A stretch of 62,653 bases of DNA, filler included, from Actinomycetota bacterium (GTDB lineage Bacteria; Actinomycetota; Acidimicrobiia; IMCC26256; VFJJ01), in NCBI GenBank assembly GCA_009886115.1. It is 3 parts of 3 records of this genome, joined end to end, with 100 filler letters (N's around TTAATTAATTAA, not from the genome) between each part and the next. Parts side by side here need not be neighbours in the genome. Positions count along the whole stretch, not along the records: positions 28,160 to 57,949 come from VFJJ01000068.1; 2 more parts are not named here. One strand, written 5' to 3'. Both the position numbers and the translations under genes were made by a program. Positions 28,388 to 41,494 of this stretch are shown in pieces. Under the pieces are notes generated by a model, which saw only the letters and a list, made by a program, of their open reading frames with translations, had not been told where the DNA came from and searched no databases. Numbering within the stretch: the stretch's first letter is position 1; each line of letters starts with the position of its first letter.

Positions 28388-29695
28388 GTGGCCTTCCGAC
28401 GACCAGCCGAATCGCTCTCGATCGCCGAGGCTCGCAGAATCGCGCTGGTTGCGCAGGGGTTCGGGCGACCCCGAGGTGCCAGGGCGCCGGGCCTTTCGGC
28501 TGTCACGGGCTCGGTTGCGCGCCTCGGCGTCGTGCAGATCGACTCGGTGAACGCTGTCGTACGGTCGCACTACCTCCCGCTGTTCTCCCGGCTCGGCCCG
28601 TACGACCGCACCCACCTCGACACGGCCGTATACAAGCGGCACACGCTCTTCGAGTACTGGGGCCACGAGGCGTCGTTCCTCCCGATCGAGCTGCAACCCT
28701 TGCTGCGCTGGCGCATGGACCGGTACCGGCGCGCAGCCACGGCCGACCCCGATGCCAAGGCCGCGGCCGACTGGCGAGCGGCATCCCTGGCACGCGAACG
28801 CCCCGAGTACGTACAGGGCATCCTCGACGAGGTGACCACCCGTGGAGGCTTGAGCGCCGGTGATCTCGCCGAGCCGGGAAGCGGGCGAGGCCCATGGTGG
28901 GGCTGGGCCGACGGCAAGATCGCGCTCGAGTACCTGTTCACCTCGGGACAGCTGGCGATCGCCTCCCGGCGCAACTTCGCCCGCGTCTACGACCTGCCCG
29001 AGCGGGTGTTCCCCGCGGCGATCCTGGCGGCGCCGACGCCGGAGCCGGCGGATGCCCAGCGGGAGCTCCTGCGCCGTTCGTCGGTGGCCCTTGGTGTGGC
29101 CACGGCTCGAGACCTTGCCGACTACTACCGCATCCACGTTCCAACGGCGCGCCATCGGATCAGGGAGCTCGTCGAGGATGGATCGCTCGTCGAGGCGACG
29201 GTCGACGGATGGCATGAGGCGGCGTACCTCGACCCTGGAGCGAAACTCGCCCGGAAGGTCGATGATCGGGCGTTGCTGTCGCCGTTCGACTCGCTGGTGT
29301 GGGAGCGGGCCCGTACCGAGCGCCTCTGGGGCTTCCGCTACCGCCTCGAGATCTACACGCCCCAACCCAAACGGGTGTACGGCTACTACGTGCTGCCGTT
29401 CCTCCTCGGCGAGCACCTCGTGGCCCGGGTCGATGTCAGAGCCGATCGGGCCGCATCGGTCCTGCGGGTCCCGGGCGCCTACCTGGAGCCCGACGAGATG
29501 CCGGCGACGACAGCCCGAGCGCTGGCAGGAGAACGGCGATCGCGGTCGGTCGGGGCCGATCGGGTGGCCTCCGAGCTGGCTGCCGAGCTCCGCTCACTGG
29601 CCGCCTGGCTCGGGTTGGAACGAATCGAGACCGGCGAGCGGGGCGATCTCGTGCAGCCGCTGGCCCGGGCCCTCGGCGCCCAGGGTCCACCCTGA
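28388..29695 (+). CDS. ycaQ: YcaQ/AlkZ-family (HTH_42) interstrand-crosslink DNA glycosylase
   Basis: QIDSVNAVVRSHYLPLFSRLGPY (QxD motif), FEYWGHEAS, LLSPFDSL, YRLEIYTP..KRVYGYYVLPFL. Confidence 0.88.
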   Translation: MAFRRPAESLSIAEARRIALVAQGFGRPRGARAPGLSAVTGSVARLGVVQIDSVNAVVRSHYLPLFSRLGPYDRTHLDTAVYKRHTLFEYWGHEASFLPIELQPLLRWRMDRYRRAATADPDAKAAADWRAASLARERPEYVQGILDEVTTRGGLSAGDLAEPGSGRGPWWGWADGKIALEYLFTSGQLAIASRRNFARVYDLPERVFPAAILAAPTPEPADAQRELLRRSSVALGVATARDLADYYRIHVPTARHRIRELVEDGSLVEATVDGWHEAAYLDPGAKLARKVDDRALLSPFDSLVWERARTERLWGFRYRLEIYTPQPKRVYGYYVLPFLLGEHLVARVDVRADRAASVLRVPGAYLEPDEMPATTARALAGERRSRSVGADRVASELAAELRSLAAWLGLERIETGERGDLVQPLARALGAQGPP

Positions 29696-29696
29696 C

Positions 29697-29717
29697 CGAA
29701 CGTTCGTTCGATATCCT
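29697..29717 (+). promoter_or_regulatory. LexA (SOS) box abutting the -10 element of the uvrA promoter
   Basis: CGAAC-GTTC-GTTCG (29697-29710), followed by TATCCT (29712-29717). Confidence 0.8.
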
Positions 29718-29887
29718 GCGACGAGCCCGGTCGACCCAGGGTGCGGGGCTCCGGCCCGAGGCTTCGACACGATCGAGCGGTAACTTGGGAGGGGCCGCCC
29801 GGCTCAGCCCCATCAGCCCCGTCAGCCGGCCTGGGCGAGCACCCGTCATCCCGTCGAGCGTCACCGGAACCAAGCAGCGAGGATCGG

Positions 29888-32941
<3,054 letters not shown>

Positions 32942-32991
32942 CCTGCGGCACGGCCCGGGCGCGCGTCCGACCTCGGGCTAGCGTCGCCGCG

Positions 32992-33720
32992 GTGGCCGAC
33001 GACATCTCTGCTTGGGAACAGCACGCCGGATGGTGGCAGGACGACTTCACCGACGGGGCCGACATCGAGTACGTCGAGCAGATCATCCCCATGTTCCTCG
33101 AGCACGTGTCAGGTGTGCGCCGTCTCCTCGACGTGGGGACGGGCGAGGGCCAGCTCGCCCGTGAGGCCATGTCGGCCGCCGGGGTCGCCGAGGCTGTCGG
33201 TCTCGACCCCACGGTGGCGCAGCTGCGGGCGGCCGTCGAACGCGGGGGTGGTCCCGGATACGTGCGCGGTTTCGCCGACCACCTGCCGTTCGGCGACGCG
33301 ACCTTCGACGGGGTCGTCGCCTGCTTGGTGTTCGAGCACATCGAGGCCTATCGCCAGGCCGTCGCCGAGGTCGCCCGGGTGCTCGAGCCGGGCGGCCGGT
33401 TCCTGTTCTTCATGAACCATCCGCTGCTGCAGGCGCCCGGGTCGGGCTGGATCGACGATCACATCCTCGAGGAGCAGTACTGGAGGGTCGGCCCGTACCT
33501 CGTCGAAGACCTCTCGATGGAGGAGGTCGCAGCGGGCGTGCTGTTGCCGTTCATCCACCGACCGTTGTCGCTCTACGTGAACGCGTGCATCGACGCCGGG
33601 CTCCAGATCGTCCGCATGGAAGAGCCCGCGCCGCCCGAGGGCTTCATCGCCCAGGCTCCCGAGTACCGAGAGGCGGCATCGATCCCGCGGCTGCTGTTCC
33701 TCCACACCGTCAAGCGGTGA
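32992..33720 (+). CDS. Class I SAM-dependent methyltransferase
   Basis: LLDVGTGEG, LPFGDATFD, RVLEPGGRF, HRPLS.Y. GTG lies 7 nt after -10 TAGCGT. Confidence 0.88.
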   Translation: MADDISAWEQHAGWWQDDFTDGADIEYVEQIIPMFLEHVSGVRRLLDVGTGEGQLAREAMSAAGVAEAVGLDPTVAQLRAAVERGGGPGYVRGFADHLPFGDATFDGVVACLVFEHIEAYRQAVAEVARVLEPGGRFLFFMNHPLLQAPGSGWIDDHILEEQYWRVGPYLVEDLSMEEVAAGVLLPFIHRPLSLYVNACIDAGLQIVRMEEPAPPEGFIAQAPEYREAASIPRLLFLHTVKR

Positions 33721-33744
33721 CATTGCTGAGCGCGAGGGTGGCCG

Positions 33745-34386
33745 GTGAGTGAGCTCGTCACCGGGGTCCTCGGTGTGGCGGCGGTCGTCATCACGGTGGT
33801 GCGGGCGGGGCCCCAGGCCCTGCACCTGCTCCGCCATCCTGAGCATGTGGGGGTCTCCGTGGTCACCTGGGCCATGGCTCTCATGACCGGAGGGCTGGGC
33901 TGCTCGTACGGCATCTTCCACGACGAGCCGGCGAACCTGGTGGCCAACGCGCTCCAGGCGTTCGGGGCTGCTGCGGTGCTCGTCGCCCTGTCGCGGCGGG
34001 GACGGTCGGTGGTGCGCTGGGCCATGCTGGCCGCGGTTGTCGTGGCCGTCGTCGTGTTCGCCGACCGGGCGAGCGGCCGTGACGTGCTGGGCTACGCGAC
34101 CATCGTCATCGGTGGGGGCATGTTCGTGCCCCAGGCCGTACGGGCCGTGCGGGCTCCTTCGACCGCTGGTGTGTCGGCGGCGAGTTGGTGGCTGGTGCTC
34201 GTAGCCGCTGTCATCTGGTCGGCCTACGGCGTGGCCATCGGCCGCTGGGTGGTGGTCGCTCCCGGGTTCATCCAGTTCCCCGCCGGCGTGGCCGTGTTGT
34301 GGCGGCTGCGCTCCGACCGGGCTGCACCGGACGCCATGGTGGTTGTCGATCCCTGGCGTACAGCCGGAGGGCGGCCCGGCCGATAG
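33745..34386 (+). CDS. PQ-loop/SemiSWEET-like membrane protein
   Basis: Two internal repeats PQA....GVS..W.....W.YG; about 6-7 hydrophobic helices. Confidence 0.75.
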   Translation: MSELVTGVLGVAAVVITVVRAGPQALHLLRHPEHVGVSVVTWAMALMTGGLGCSYGIFHDEPANLVANALQAFGAAAVLVALSRRGRSVVRWAMLAAVVVAVVVFADRASGRDVLGYATIVIGGGMFVPQAVRAVRAPSTAGVSAASWWLVLVAAVIWSAYGVAIGRWVVVAPGFIQFPAGVAVLWRLRSDRAAPDAMVVVDPWRTAGGRPGR

Positions 34387-34392
34387 GAGGCC

Positions 34393-36156
34393 ATGGCCAC
34401 ATCGGCGGTTGCCGCCGCGCCACTCGTGGGCACCCGCGGGCGCGTTCTCGGTGAGATCGGGGCTGCGCTGCGTCGTCCTCTGGTCGCGGCCTGCGTGTTG
34501 CTCGTCATCTATTTCACCGCCATGCGTTTCTGCGATGCCGACGGATCGATCGGCAGCGACACCGGAGCTCGCGTCGCGACCCTGCGAGCCATGGGCGATC
34601 ACAGGTTGCATCCCGATGTCGGGTACTGGGCCGAGGGGTTCGACCCAGAAGGTCGGCTCCACCCCTTGAGCCCGGGCGCGAAGGTTGGTGAGCGTTGGGT
34701 GGTCGTGGGGACGATCGTCACCCCACTCGTCGCCCAACCGCTGTACCGGCTCGGTGGGTACCAAGCCGTCCTCCTGATCCCCACGGCAGGTGTGGTCGCC
34801 ACGGCGTTTGCAGCCCGGCGGCTGGCCCGTCGGCTCGAGCCGACATCAGGGGGTTGGCTGGCGTTCTGGCTCGTCGCTCTGGCCTCGCCGCTGGTCGTGT
34901 ACGGGCTCGACTTCTGGGACCACGCCCACGGGCTGGCGCTGATGGCCTGGGGGATAGTGTGGCTGCTCGAGATCGGTGACGTCGTCGGGTCGAGGGCCGC
35001 GGTCGTGCGCCGGTCGCTCGGCGCCGGTCTGGTGTTGGGTGTGGCCGCGACGATGCGCACCGAGACCTTCGTGTACGCGGCCGCAGCCACCATGGTGGTC
35101 GGGATGGGTCTGCTCCTCGGCCGGTCGATCGAGCTGACGTGGCGCCGGCGCCTCGCGGTGACCGCACTGGCAGGTGTGTGCTTCGTCGTGCCCTTCGGAG
35201 CCCTCCAGGCGCTCAACGGCCGCATCGAGCAGGCCGCCTTGGGAGCCGAGCTCCGATCTTCGCGGGCCGTCGAGGCCGCGAGTGGGGTCGACCAGCTCGG
35301 TCTCGACGATCGGATCGATCTGGCGTTCCTCAGCAGCGTGGGTCTCCGAGCATCCGTCCGATCCGACGCCTGGACCGAGGCCGGTCTGGTGGTGGTCGCC
35401 TCGGCGGCGGCCGCGCTGGCCCTGGCGCGCCGCCGTCGCGCAATCGCCATCGGATGCACCGTGATCGGGGGAGCGGCGCTGGTGGCCCGGCTCCGGTTGG
35501 GCCTGCACTACGTGCCCGGGATGATCGCGGTGGCCCCGTTCGTACCCGCGGGACTCGTGATGGCCTCCCGGCTGCGCCGTCCTGGAGCCATGCTGGCGAT
35601 CGCCGGTATGGGATTCGTGGGCGTGATCGCGACCCAGTGGGCCGAGGTCAACCCCACGGGCTACCAGTGGGGCGGACGATACGTACTGCTCAGTGGGCTC
35701 CTGCTCTCGGTCGTGGGGATCACGGGGGTCGCTCGCCTCGGACGGGTCGCGACGGTCGTGGCACTGGCCTCGGCTCTGGCCGTCGCAGGACTCGGCTTCG
35801 AGCTTCTCCGGGTACGGTCGAACATCTCCGGCGATCTCGCCCGTGGTTTGGAGGCTCGAACCGAGGTCGTGCTCATCGACCGGTCGGGCTGGGTCTTCCG
35901 AGGTGTCGGCGCGGCCTACGACGTCGATCGCAGATGGCTGACCGGACGGTCGGATCCGGAAACCCTCGAGGCATTCGCGATCGCCGACACGATCGGAGCC
36001 CCTTCCGTCGGGCTCATCGAGACTGAAGTGGCTCGCCTCGGGGTCGACGTGCCGGGCTGGTGCGCTGGGCCCGTCGACACCGTCGCATGGGAGTCGGGTG
36101 AGCCCCTCACGATCACCACCTGGACCCGTTCGGGCGTCGCGAGCGCCTGCCCCTGA
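34393..36156 (+). CDS. Polytopic membrane protein, possibly a GT-C-fold glycosyltransferase/ligase
   Basis: GGAGG RBS, many TM helices, SD motif after TM1, ASPLVVYGLDFWDH, QWGGRY. Confidence 0.6.
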   Translation: MATSAVAAAPLVGTRGRVLGEIGAALRRPLVAACVLLVIYFTAMRFCDADGSIGSDTGARVATLRAMGDHRLHPDVGYWAEGFDPEGRLHPLSPGAKVGERWVVVGTIVTPLVAQPLYRLGGYQAVLLIPTAGVVATAFAARRLARRLEPTSGGWLAFWLVALASPLVVYGLDFWDHAHGLALMAWGIVWLLEIGDVVGSRAAVVRRSLGAGLVLGVAATMRTETFVYAAAATMVVGMGLLLGRSIELTWRRRLAVTALAGVCFVVPFGALQALNGRIEQAALGAELRSSRAVEAASGVDQLGLDDRIDLAFLSSVGLRASVRSDAWTEAGLVVVASAAAALALARRRRAIAIGCTVIGGAALVARLRLGLHYVPGMIAVAPFVPAGLVMASRLRRPGAMLAIAGMGFVGVIATQWAEVNPTGYQWGGRYVLLSGLLLSVVGITGVARLGRVATVVALASALAVAGLGFELLRVRSNISGDLARGLEARTEVVLIDRSGWVFRGVGAAYDVDRRWLTGRSDPETLEAFAIADTIGAPSVGLIETEVARLGVDVPGWCAGPVDTVAWESGEPLTITTWTRSGVASACP

Positions 36157-36238
36157 CTCAAGCCGCTGTTCTCGTCCGCCGATCTCTCCCCGGTGACGCA
36201 ATTCAAGCCGATCTCGGCCCCGATCCCGAGGGCTTGAC

Positions 36239-37543
36239 GTGCGGCGTCTCGTCACGCTCGCGCTCCTGGTGGCCACAACGGCCGTCGTCGGTATGCTCGC
36301 CAAGATCCACGCCGTCGCCAACGGCTACGACCTGACCGAGTCGTTCCGGGCCCCGAGCACGGTGCTCTACATCCTGAGCCTTGGCGCAGCGGCCTACGCG
36401 GTGGGGCTCCCCGATCTCCCGCGCACCCGGCGCTCCCGATGGGGTGCAGCGCTGTGTGCGGTGGCCGTCGTCGCACTGGGCTTCTCGGCCGTGCAGCTCG
36501 TGCTGGGCCGTCTGTTGCTGCCTCGCTTCGTGGTCTTCGGGTCGGCGCTGGTGTTGGCGCCGGTGTACACGCTGCTCTCGACTCTCGCTGCCGATGGTCG
36601 GCGTGTCCACGAAGATCGCGACCGAGTGCTGCTCGTGGCCGAGATCGGGGCAGCGGCGGACCTTGCCGAAGATCTCAGCGGTTCCCCTGAGCGCTTCGCC
36701 AGCCTCGTAGCCTCCCTGACCCCCGATGATGTCGGACCAGGCCAGCTCGGTCTCATCCTTGCCGAGACGGGTGCGACGGTGCTCGTCCTCGATCGTGCTG
36801 CTCAGCTCGACGAGGGAGTCGTCGGGCAGGCTGCGGCCCTGCACCTCATGGGCGTGCGCATTCGAACGCTGAACCTCTTCTACGAGGAATGGCTGGGCAA
36901 GCTCCCGGTGTCCGAGCTCGAACGAGTGTCGTTGATGTTCGATATCGGTGAGCTCCATCGTCTCCGCTATGGCCGACTGAAGCGGTTGGTCGATCTCGGG
37001 GTCGCCCTCTTCGGCATGGTGGCACTGGCTCTGGTGATACCGGTCGTCGTCGTTGGCAACGTCGCTGGAAACCGGGGGCCCCTGTGGTATCACCAGCCGC
37101 GGGTGGGCCGAGCCGGGCGCGAGTTCCGCATCGTGAAGTTCCGGACAATGCGCGAGCAGCCTGGCGAGCGCACGACATGGACCATCGCCGGAGACCCTCG
37201 GGTCACCCGCTTCGGGGCGCTGCTACGGCGTTCGCACCTCGACGAGCTGCCCCAGATGTGGAACATCCTGCGCGGCGACCTCTCGATCGTGGGACCGCGC
37301 CCCGAGCAGCCGACTTACGTGGCCGAGCTCCGCGAGAAGTTGCCGTTCTACGACATGCGCCATCTCGTTCGTCCGGGCCTCACCGGGTGGGCTCAGGTCA
37401 AGTACCCCTACGGCGCCGATGAACGCGACGCACTCGAGAAGCTGCAGTTCGAGTTCTTCTACCTCCGTCGTCAGAGCCTCGGCCTCGACCTGCGGATCAT
37501 CGGGCGAACCGCGAGGACCGTCTTGCGCGGAGCCGGGCGATGA
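36239..37543 (+). CDS. Polyprenyl-phosphate glycosylphosphotransferase (initiating sugar transferase, WbaP/WcaJ family)
   Basis: KRLVDL, KFRTM, DPRVTRFG..LRRSHLDELPQ, GPRPE, VRPGLTGWAQV. Confidence 0.93.
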   Translation: MRRLVTLALLVATTAVVGMLAKIHAVANGYDLTESFRAPSTVLYILSLGAAAYAVGLPDLPRTRRSRWGAALCAVAVVALGFSAVQLVLGRLLLPRFVVFGSALVLAPVYTLLSTLAADGRRVHEDRDRVLLVAEIGAAADLAEDLSGSPERFASLVASLTPDDVGPGQLGLILAETGATVLVLDRAAQLDEGVVGQAAALHLMGVRIRTLNLFYEEWLGKLPVSELERVSLMFDIGELHRLRYGRLKRLVDLGVALFGMVALALVIPVVVVGNVAGNRGPLWYHQPRVGRAGREFRIVKFRTMREQPGERTTWTIAGDPRVTRFGALLRRSHLDELPQMWNILRGDLSIVGPRPEQPTYVAELREKLPFYDMRHLVRPGLTGWAQVKYPYGADERDALEKLQFEFFYLRRQSLGLDLRIIGRTARTVLRGAGR

Positions 37544-38706
37544 GCGTCACCGACCAGCCGGCACCGCCCTCGGCGCCGCCTCGGGCGGGGTCGGGCTCGC
37601 CCCCGACGCGTCGGCCTCGGTTCCTGGCCTTCTACCTGCCCCAGTTCCATCCCATTCCCGAGAACGACGAATGGTGGGGGCCCGGCTTCACCGAGTGGAC
37701 GAACGTCACCCGCGCCAGACCGCGCTTTCGCGGTCACCAGCAACCGCACCGACCCCGGGAGCTCGGCTACTACGACTTGCGGTTGCCCGAGGTTCGAGCG
37801 GCGCAGGCGGCACTTGCTGCGGCACACGGGATCGACGGGTTCGTTTACTACCACTACTGGTTCGAGGGGCGTCGCCTGCTCGAGCGCCCATTCAACGAGG
37901 TTCTCGCTCGGGGCGAGCCGTCCCTGCCGTTCTGCCTGTGCTGGGCCAACGAACCGTGGACGCGAGCCTGGGACGGCGCCAATCGCCAGGTCCTCGTGCC
38001 GCAGGGCTCCTCGCCCGCCGACGACCTTGCCCACATCCGGTCGCTCCTTCCCGCCTTCGCCGATCCCAGGTACATACGTGTCGACGGGCGACCGTTGCTC
38101 CTGGTCTACCGGGCTTCGATGCTGCCCGAGCCGCGCAGGACCGCCGACATCTGGCGGAGGGAAGTGTCTCGCGCTGGACTCGGAGAGCTGGAGCTCGCTC
38201 GCGTCGAGAGCAACCGCAGCGAGCACGCAGCGCCGGCGAAGTTGGGTTTCGACCTCGCTATCGAGTTCCAACCCGACTTCTCGATCCTGCGTCCACGCCT
38301 CTCGGGCACCGCGCTACGTCGGGTGGCAAACGCCATGGGAGTCCCGGTTGAGGCCCCGAGGATCACACGCTTCGACTACTCAGAGGTGGTCGACCGCATG
38401 CTGGCCAAAGCGGCGGTGCCCTACCCGAGAGCGCCGGGAGTCACGCCGATGTGGGACAACACGGCGCGCCGCGATCGGGGGGCTGTGGCCCTCGTGGGCT
38501 CGACGCCTTCCGAATACGGTCGTTGGCTGCGCGGCGTCATCGCCAAGGCTGACCGGGGTCTCATCTTCGTCAATGCCTGGAACGAGTGGGCCGAAGGCTC
38601 ATACCTCGAGCCGTGCGAGCGCTGGGGGCTGGAGTACCTCGAGGAGCATCGTCGTGTTGTGGCAGAGCTCGAGCAGTCGGAGCATCGTTCGCTGGTCAGA
38701 CCATGA
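37540..38706 (+). CDS. WbsX-family / GH99-like domain protein
   Basis: AFYLPQFHPIPENDEWWGPGFTEWTNV, YYHYWF, CWANEPW, FVNAWNEWAEG. Confidence 0.9.
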   Translation: MSVTDQPAPPSAPPRAGSGSPPTRRPRFLAFYLPQFHPIPENDEWWGPGFTEWTNVTRARPRFRGHQQPHRPRELGYYDLRLPEVRAAQAALAAAHGIDGFVYYHYWFEGRRLLERPFNEVLARGEPSLPFCLCWANEPWTRAWDGANRQVLVPQGSSPADDLAHIRSLLPAFADPRYIRVDGRPLLLVYRASMLPEPRRTADIWRREVSRAGLGELELARVESNRSEHAAPAKLGFDLAIEFQPDFSILRPRLSGTALRRVANAMGVPVEAPRITRFDYSEVVDRMLAKAAVPYPRAPGVTPMWDNTARRDRGAVALVGSTPSEYGRWLRGVIAKADRGLIFVNAWNEWAEGSYLEPCERWGLEYLEEHRRVVAELEQSEHRSLVRP

Positions 38707-39986
38707 GTATCAACGGGCGCTTGCGCATCGCGCTGTATCACAACCTTCCCCACGGCGGGGCCCGCCGGCTGCTCGTCGAGCTCGTCGCACGATCAGCAGG
38801 GGTCCACGACTTCGACCTCTTCGAGATTGCTGTCGGCGACTCGGTCGAAGCCGCGGTCGACGCCTCGGTTGCTGCGCACCCGGCGCTCGTTGGTCGGCTC
38901 GGACGGGTGACGGTCGAGAGGCGAGGGCGTGGCCAACGGTCCTCGGGGATCTTGTCCCCGGTACGCCGGATCCGCGAGTTGACCGATGCCGATGCCAGCG
39001 TCGCCAGGGCGATCGACGCTGGCGGCTATGACCTCGCCGTCGTGTTCCCGTGCAGATTCCGGCAGGCACCCGAGCTTCTCACGATGCTCGAGACCCCCTC
39101 GCTCTACTACGCGCCCGAGCCGCGGAGGCGGTCGGTCGAGGCGGCGTACGACCCGACGTGGCGCCCTGCTCGCGAGCGCAGAGGGCTCTCGCTCGGAGCG
39201 TTGGCGGGTGGGTGGTCGCGACTGGCTCACGAGCGCTTTCTCGCAGCGCAGGATCGTCGTGCGGTGTCAGCGGCAGGACACGTGGCGGCCTGCTCGGCCT
39301 CGGCTGCGGAGCGGTTCTGGATGGCGTACGGGCGTGATGCAATGGTGAGCCATCCAGGGGTCGACGAGCTCCTGTTTCGTCCACCGTCACCGACCTGGCA
39401 AGGCCCTTCGGACTCCCTCGAGCGCGTACCTCGCACGCCAGGTGTGGTGACAGTGGGTGCGCTCGATCCAACGAAAGGCCACGAGCTGGCGATCGACGCG
39501 CTGGCCCTGATTCCGGCAGAGATCCGGCCCGAGCTGACGATCGTTCATGAGCGGATGAGCCTGGGTTACGACACCTTCTTGGCCCGTCGCGCGGCTGCGT
39601 GCCAAGTGCTCCTCCGTATGGTGCGGGGAGTTACCGACGATCAGCTCGTCATGGAGTATCGCAATGCTGCGGCCACGTTGGCGCTTGCACGCGTCGAACC
39701 CTTCGGGTTGTCTGTGATCGAATCCCTGGCTTGCGGCACGCCGGTCGTCGCTCTCAACGAGGGCGGGTACCGCGAGACCGTCGTCGACGGTGTCAACGGA
39801 CGTCTCGTCGAGCGATCACCCGCAGCTGTGGCGGTCGCGATCGCCGAGGTCGCAACCCGGGGTTCGCTGTTTCCCATCGACCGGGTCGTTGCGACCGTCG
39901 TCCCTCGCTGGACCTGGACTGCTGCCACGACTCGGTTCCTCGAGGTGCTCGACCGGTGTGCGATGGCGACGGCGGTCGGTCGATGA
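38703..39986 (+). CDS. Glycosyltransferase family 4
   Basis: HNLPHGGA, VGALDPTKG, EPFGLSVIESLACGTPVV. Confidence 0.9.
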   Translation: MSINGRLRIALYHNLPHGGARRLLVELVARSAGVHDFDLFEIAVGDSVEAAVDASVAAHPALVGRLGRVTVERRGRGQRSSGILSPVRRIRELTDADASVARAIDAGGYDLAVVFPCRFRQAPELLTMLETPSLYYAPEPRRRSVEAAYDPTWRPARERRGLSLGALAGGWSRLAHERFLAAQDRRAVSAAGHVAACSASAAERFWMAYGRDAMVSHPGVDELLFRPPSPTWQGPSDSLERVPRTPGVVTVGALDPTKGHELAIDALALIPAEIRPELTIVHERMSLGYDTFLARRAAACQVLLRMVRGVTDDQLVMEYRNAAATLALARVEPFGLSVIESLACGTPVVALNEGGYRETVVDGVNGRLVERSPAAVAVAIAEVATRGSLFPIDRVVATVVPRWTWTAATTRFLEVLDRCAMATAVGR

Positions 39987-41494
39987 CCGGTGCACCGCCG
40001 GTGTCCCCGGCCCAGGCACCGATGCGCGGCACGTCTGGCGCGACACTCCGGCGGGCGGTCATGACCGGAGGCGGAGCCGCAGTGGTCACCGCGGTCGCGA
40101 ACCTGGCGGTGGTCCCGACCCTCTTGGATCGGGTGGGGACCGCTGACTACGGGGCTTGGGCCACGATCTCCTCGGTCCTCGCCGTCGGCGGTCTCGCAGA
40201 TGCCGGGCTGCGAAGTGAGATCGTGCGCCGCGTCGGCGACGCGCACGGACGCCGTTCTGACGACGACATCGCCAGGGCCGTCCAGGAAGGTGTGACGTTG
40301 CTCTGCCTCGGTGCCGTCGTGGTAGCTGGGGTTGGGATCGTGCTCGCCCCGACGCTTCGGGGGCTGGCCTTTCCTGAGGGACTCGCCGCACACGGTCCTG
40401 GTGAGCTCGACCTCCTGATCCGTGCGACGTTCCTCCTTCTGGGCGTATCGATCGTCGGGGCCGGTGCATGGGCCGCCCTGCCCGGGCTCCAGCGGGGAGA
40501 CTTGATCGCACGAGCCGAAGTCGGTGCTCTGCTGAGCGGGCTCCTGGTCACGCTCCTCGGGGCGACGGCGGGCTGGGGTTTGTGGGCGCTCCTCGCTGGG
40601 AGCACGACGCAGATCGCGTTCCGGACACTGGTGAACCTGATGGCGATGCATCGAGTCCTGCCCGAGGTTCGCGTGCGCCTGGTTGCCGTCGACCGATCGT
40701 CAGCCGGAGGCTTCCTCACCTTGTCGTGGCTGGCGATGCTGGCCCAAGTCTCGGATGTGGTCGACGCGCAATGGGACAAGATCGTGCTGTCGAGATACGC
40801 CGGGCCCGATGCCGTGGCGTCATTCCAGATCGGAACGCTCCTCGTCTTGCAGGCCAAGGTCCTGGCGGTCCTGCCGTTGGCGCCGCTGCTTGCTGCGGTT
40901 GCCGAACTCCGCACCCGCCCCGGCACCGACCTCCTCCGATGGGCGCAAACGCTCACCCGGACATCTGGAGTGGTCGCGGCGGTCGCTTTTGGCGGCCTCG
41001 CAGCATTCGGGCCCGCTCTGTGCCGACTTTGGCTTGATGAAGGTGCCGGTCGCAGCGGCGCCGTGGCACGCATCTTCTCGCTCGCGATCGCGTTCAACGT
41101 GCTCGCCGCCCCGATAGCACTTCGGGCTTTCGGCGACGGTCGTCACCGCATCGCTGCCTTGGGTGCCACGGTCAACATCGTGGTGAATGGCGTCATGAGC
41201 CTCGTCCTCACGATGCACTTCGGGTTGGTGGGCGCGCTCTGGGGCTCGGTGGCCGGCAACGCCGTTGGCTCGGTGGTGCTCGTCGTTCTTGTCCGTCGGG
41301 CCGGCGGCCAGAGCTGGCCCGTCCCCGCGTGGCGAGCGCTGTCGATCGGGGCAGCTGCCACCGGCGTCGCGGTCGTGCTCGGGAGCGACACGATCAGGAC
41401 CTGGCCCGAGCTCACGGTCTGGGGTGTCGCGTTCACGCTTGTGGTGGCTTCGACGAGTTGGTGGGTCGAACAACGATGGGAGGTCCTGCCATGA
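39983..41494 (+). CDS. Wzx/MOP-superfamily polysaccharide flippase
   Basis: 12-14 hydrophobic segments, YGAW..LADAGL, DKIVL...GPDAVASF. Confidence 0.85.
   Translation: MTGAPPVSPAQAPMRGTSGATLRRAVMTGGGAAVVTAVANLAVVPTLLDRVGTADYGAWATISSVLAVGGLADAGLRSEIVRRVGDAHGRRSDDDIARAVQEGVTLLCLGAVVVAGVGIVLAPTLRGLAFPEGLAAHGPGELDLLIRATFLLLGVSIVGAGAWAALPGLQRGDLIARAEVGALLSGLLVTLLGATAGWGLWALLAGSTTQIAFRTLVNLMAMHRVLPEVRVRLVAVDRSSAGGFLTLSWLAMLAQVSDVVDAQWDKIVLSRYAGPDAVASFQIGTLLVLQAKVLAVLPLAPLLAAVAELRTRPGTDLLRWAQTLTRTSGVVAAVAFGGLAAFGPALCRLWLDEGAGRSGAVARIFSLAIAFNVLAAPIALRAFGDGRHRIAALGATVNIVVNGVMSLVLTMHFGLVGALWGSVAGNAVGSVVLVVLVRRAGGQSWPVPAWRALSIGAAATGVAVVLGSDTIRTWPELTVWGVAFTLVVASTSWWVEQRWEVLP

Noticed and set aside
28367..28388. 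RecA-NDp-like CGTCGG upstream of ycaQ
   Set aside because: The position 10 nt downstream reads CAGCCG, not TANNNT.
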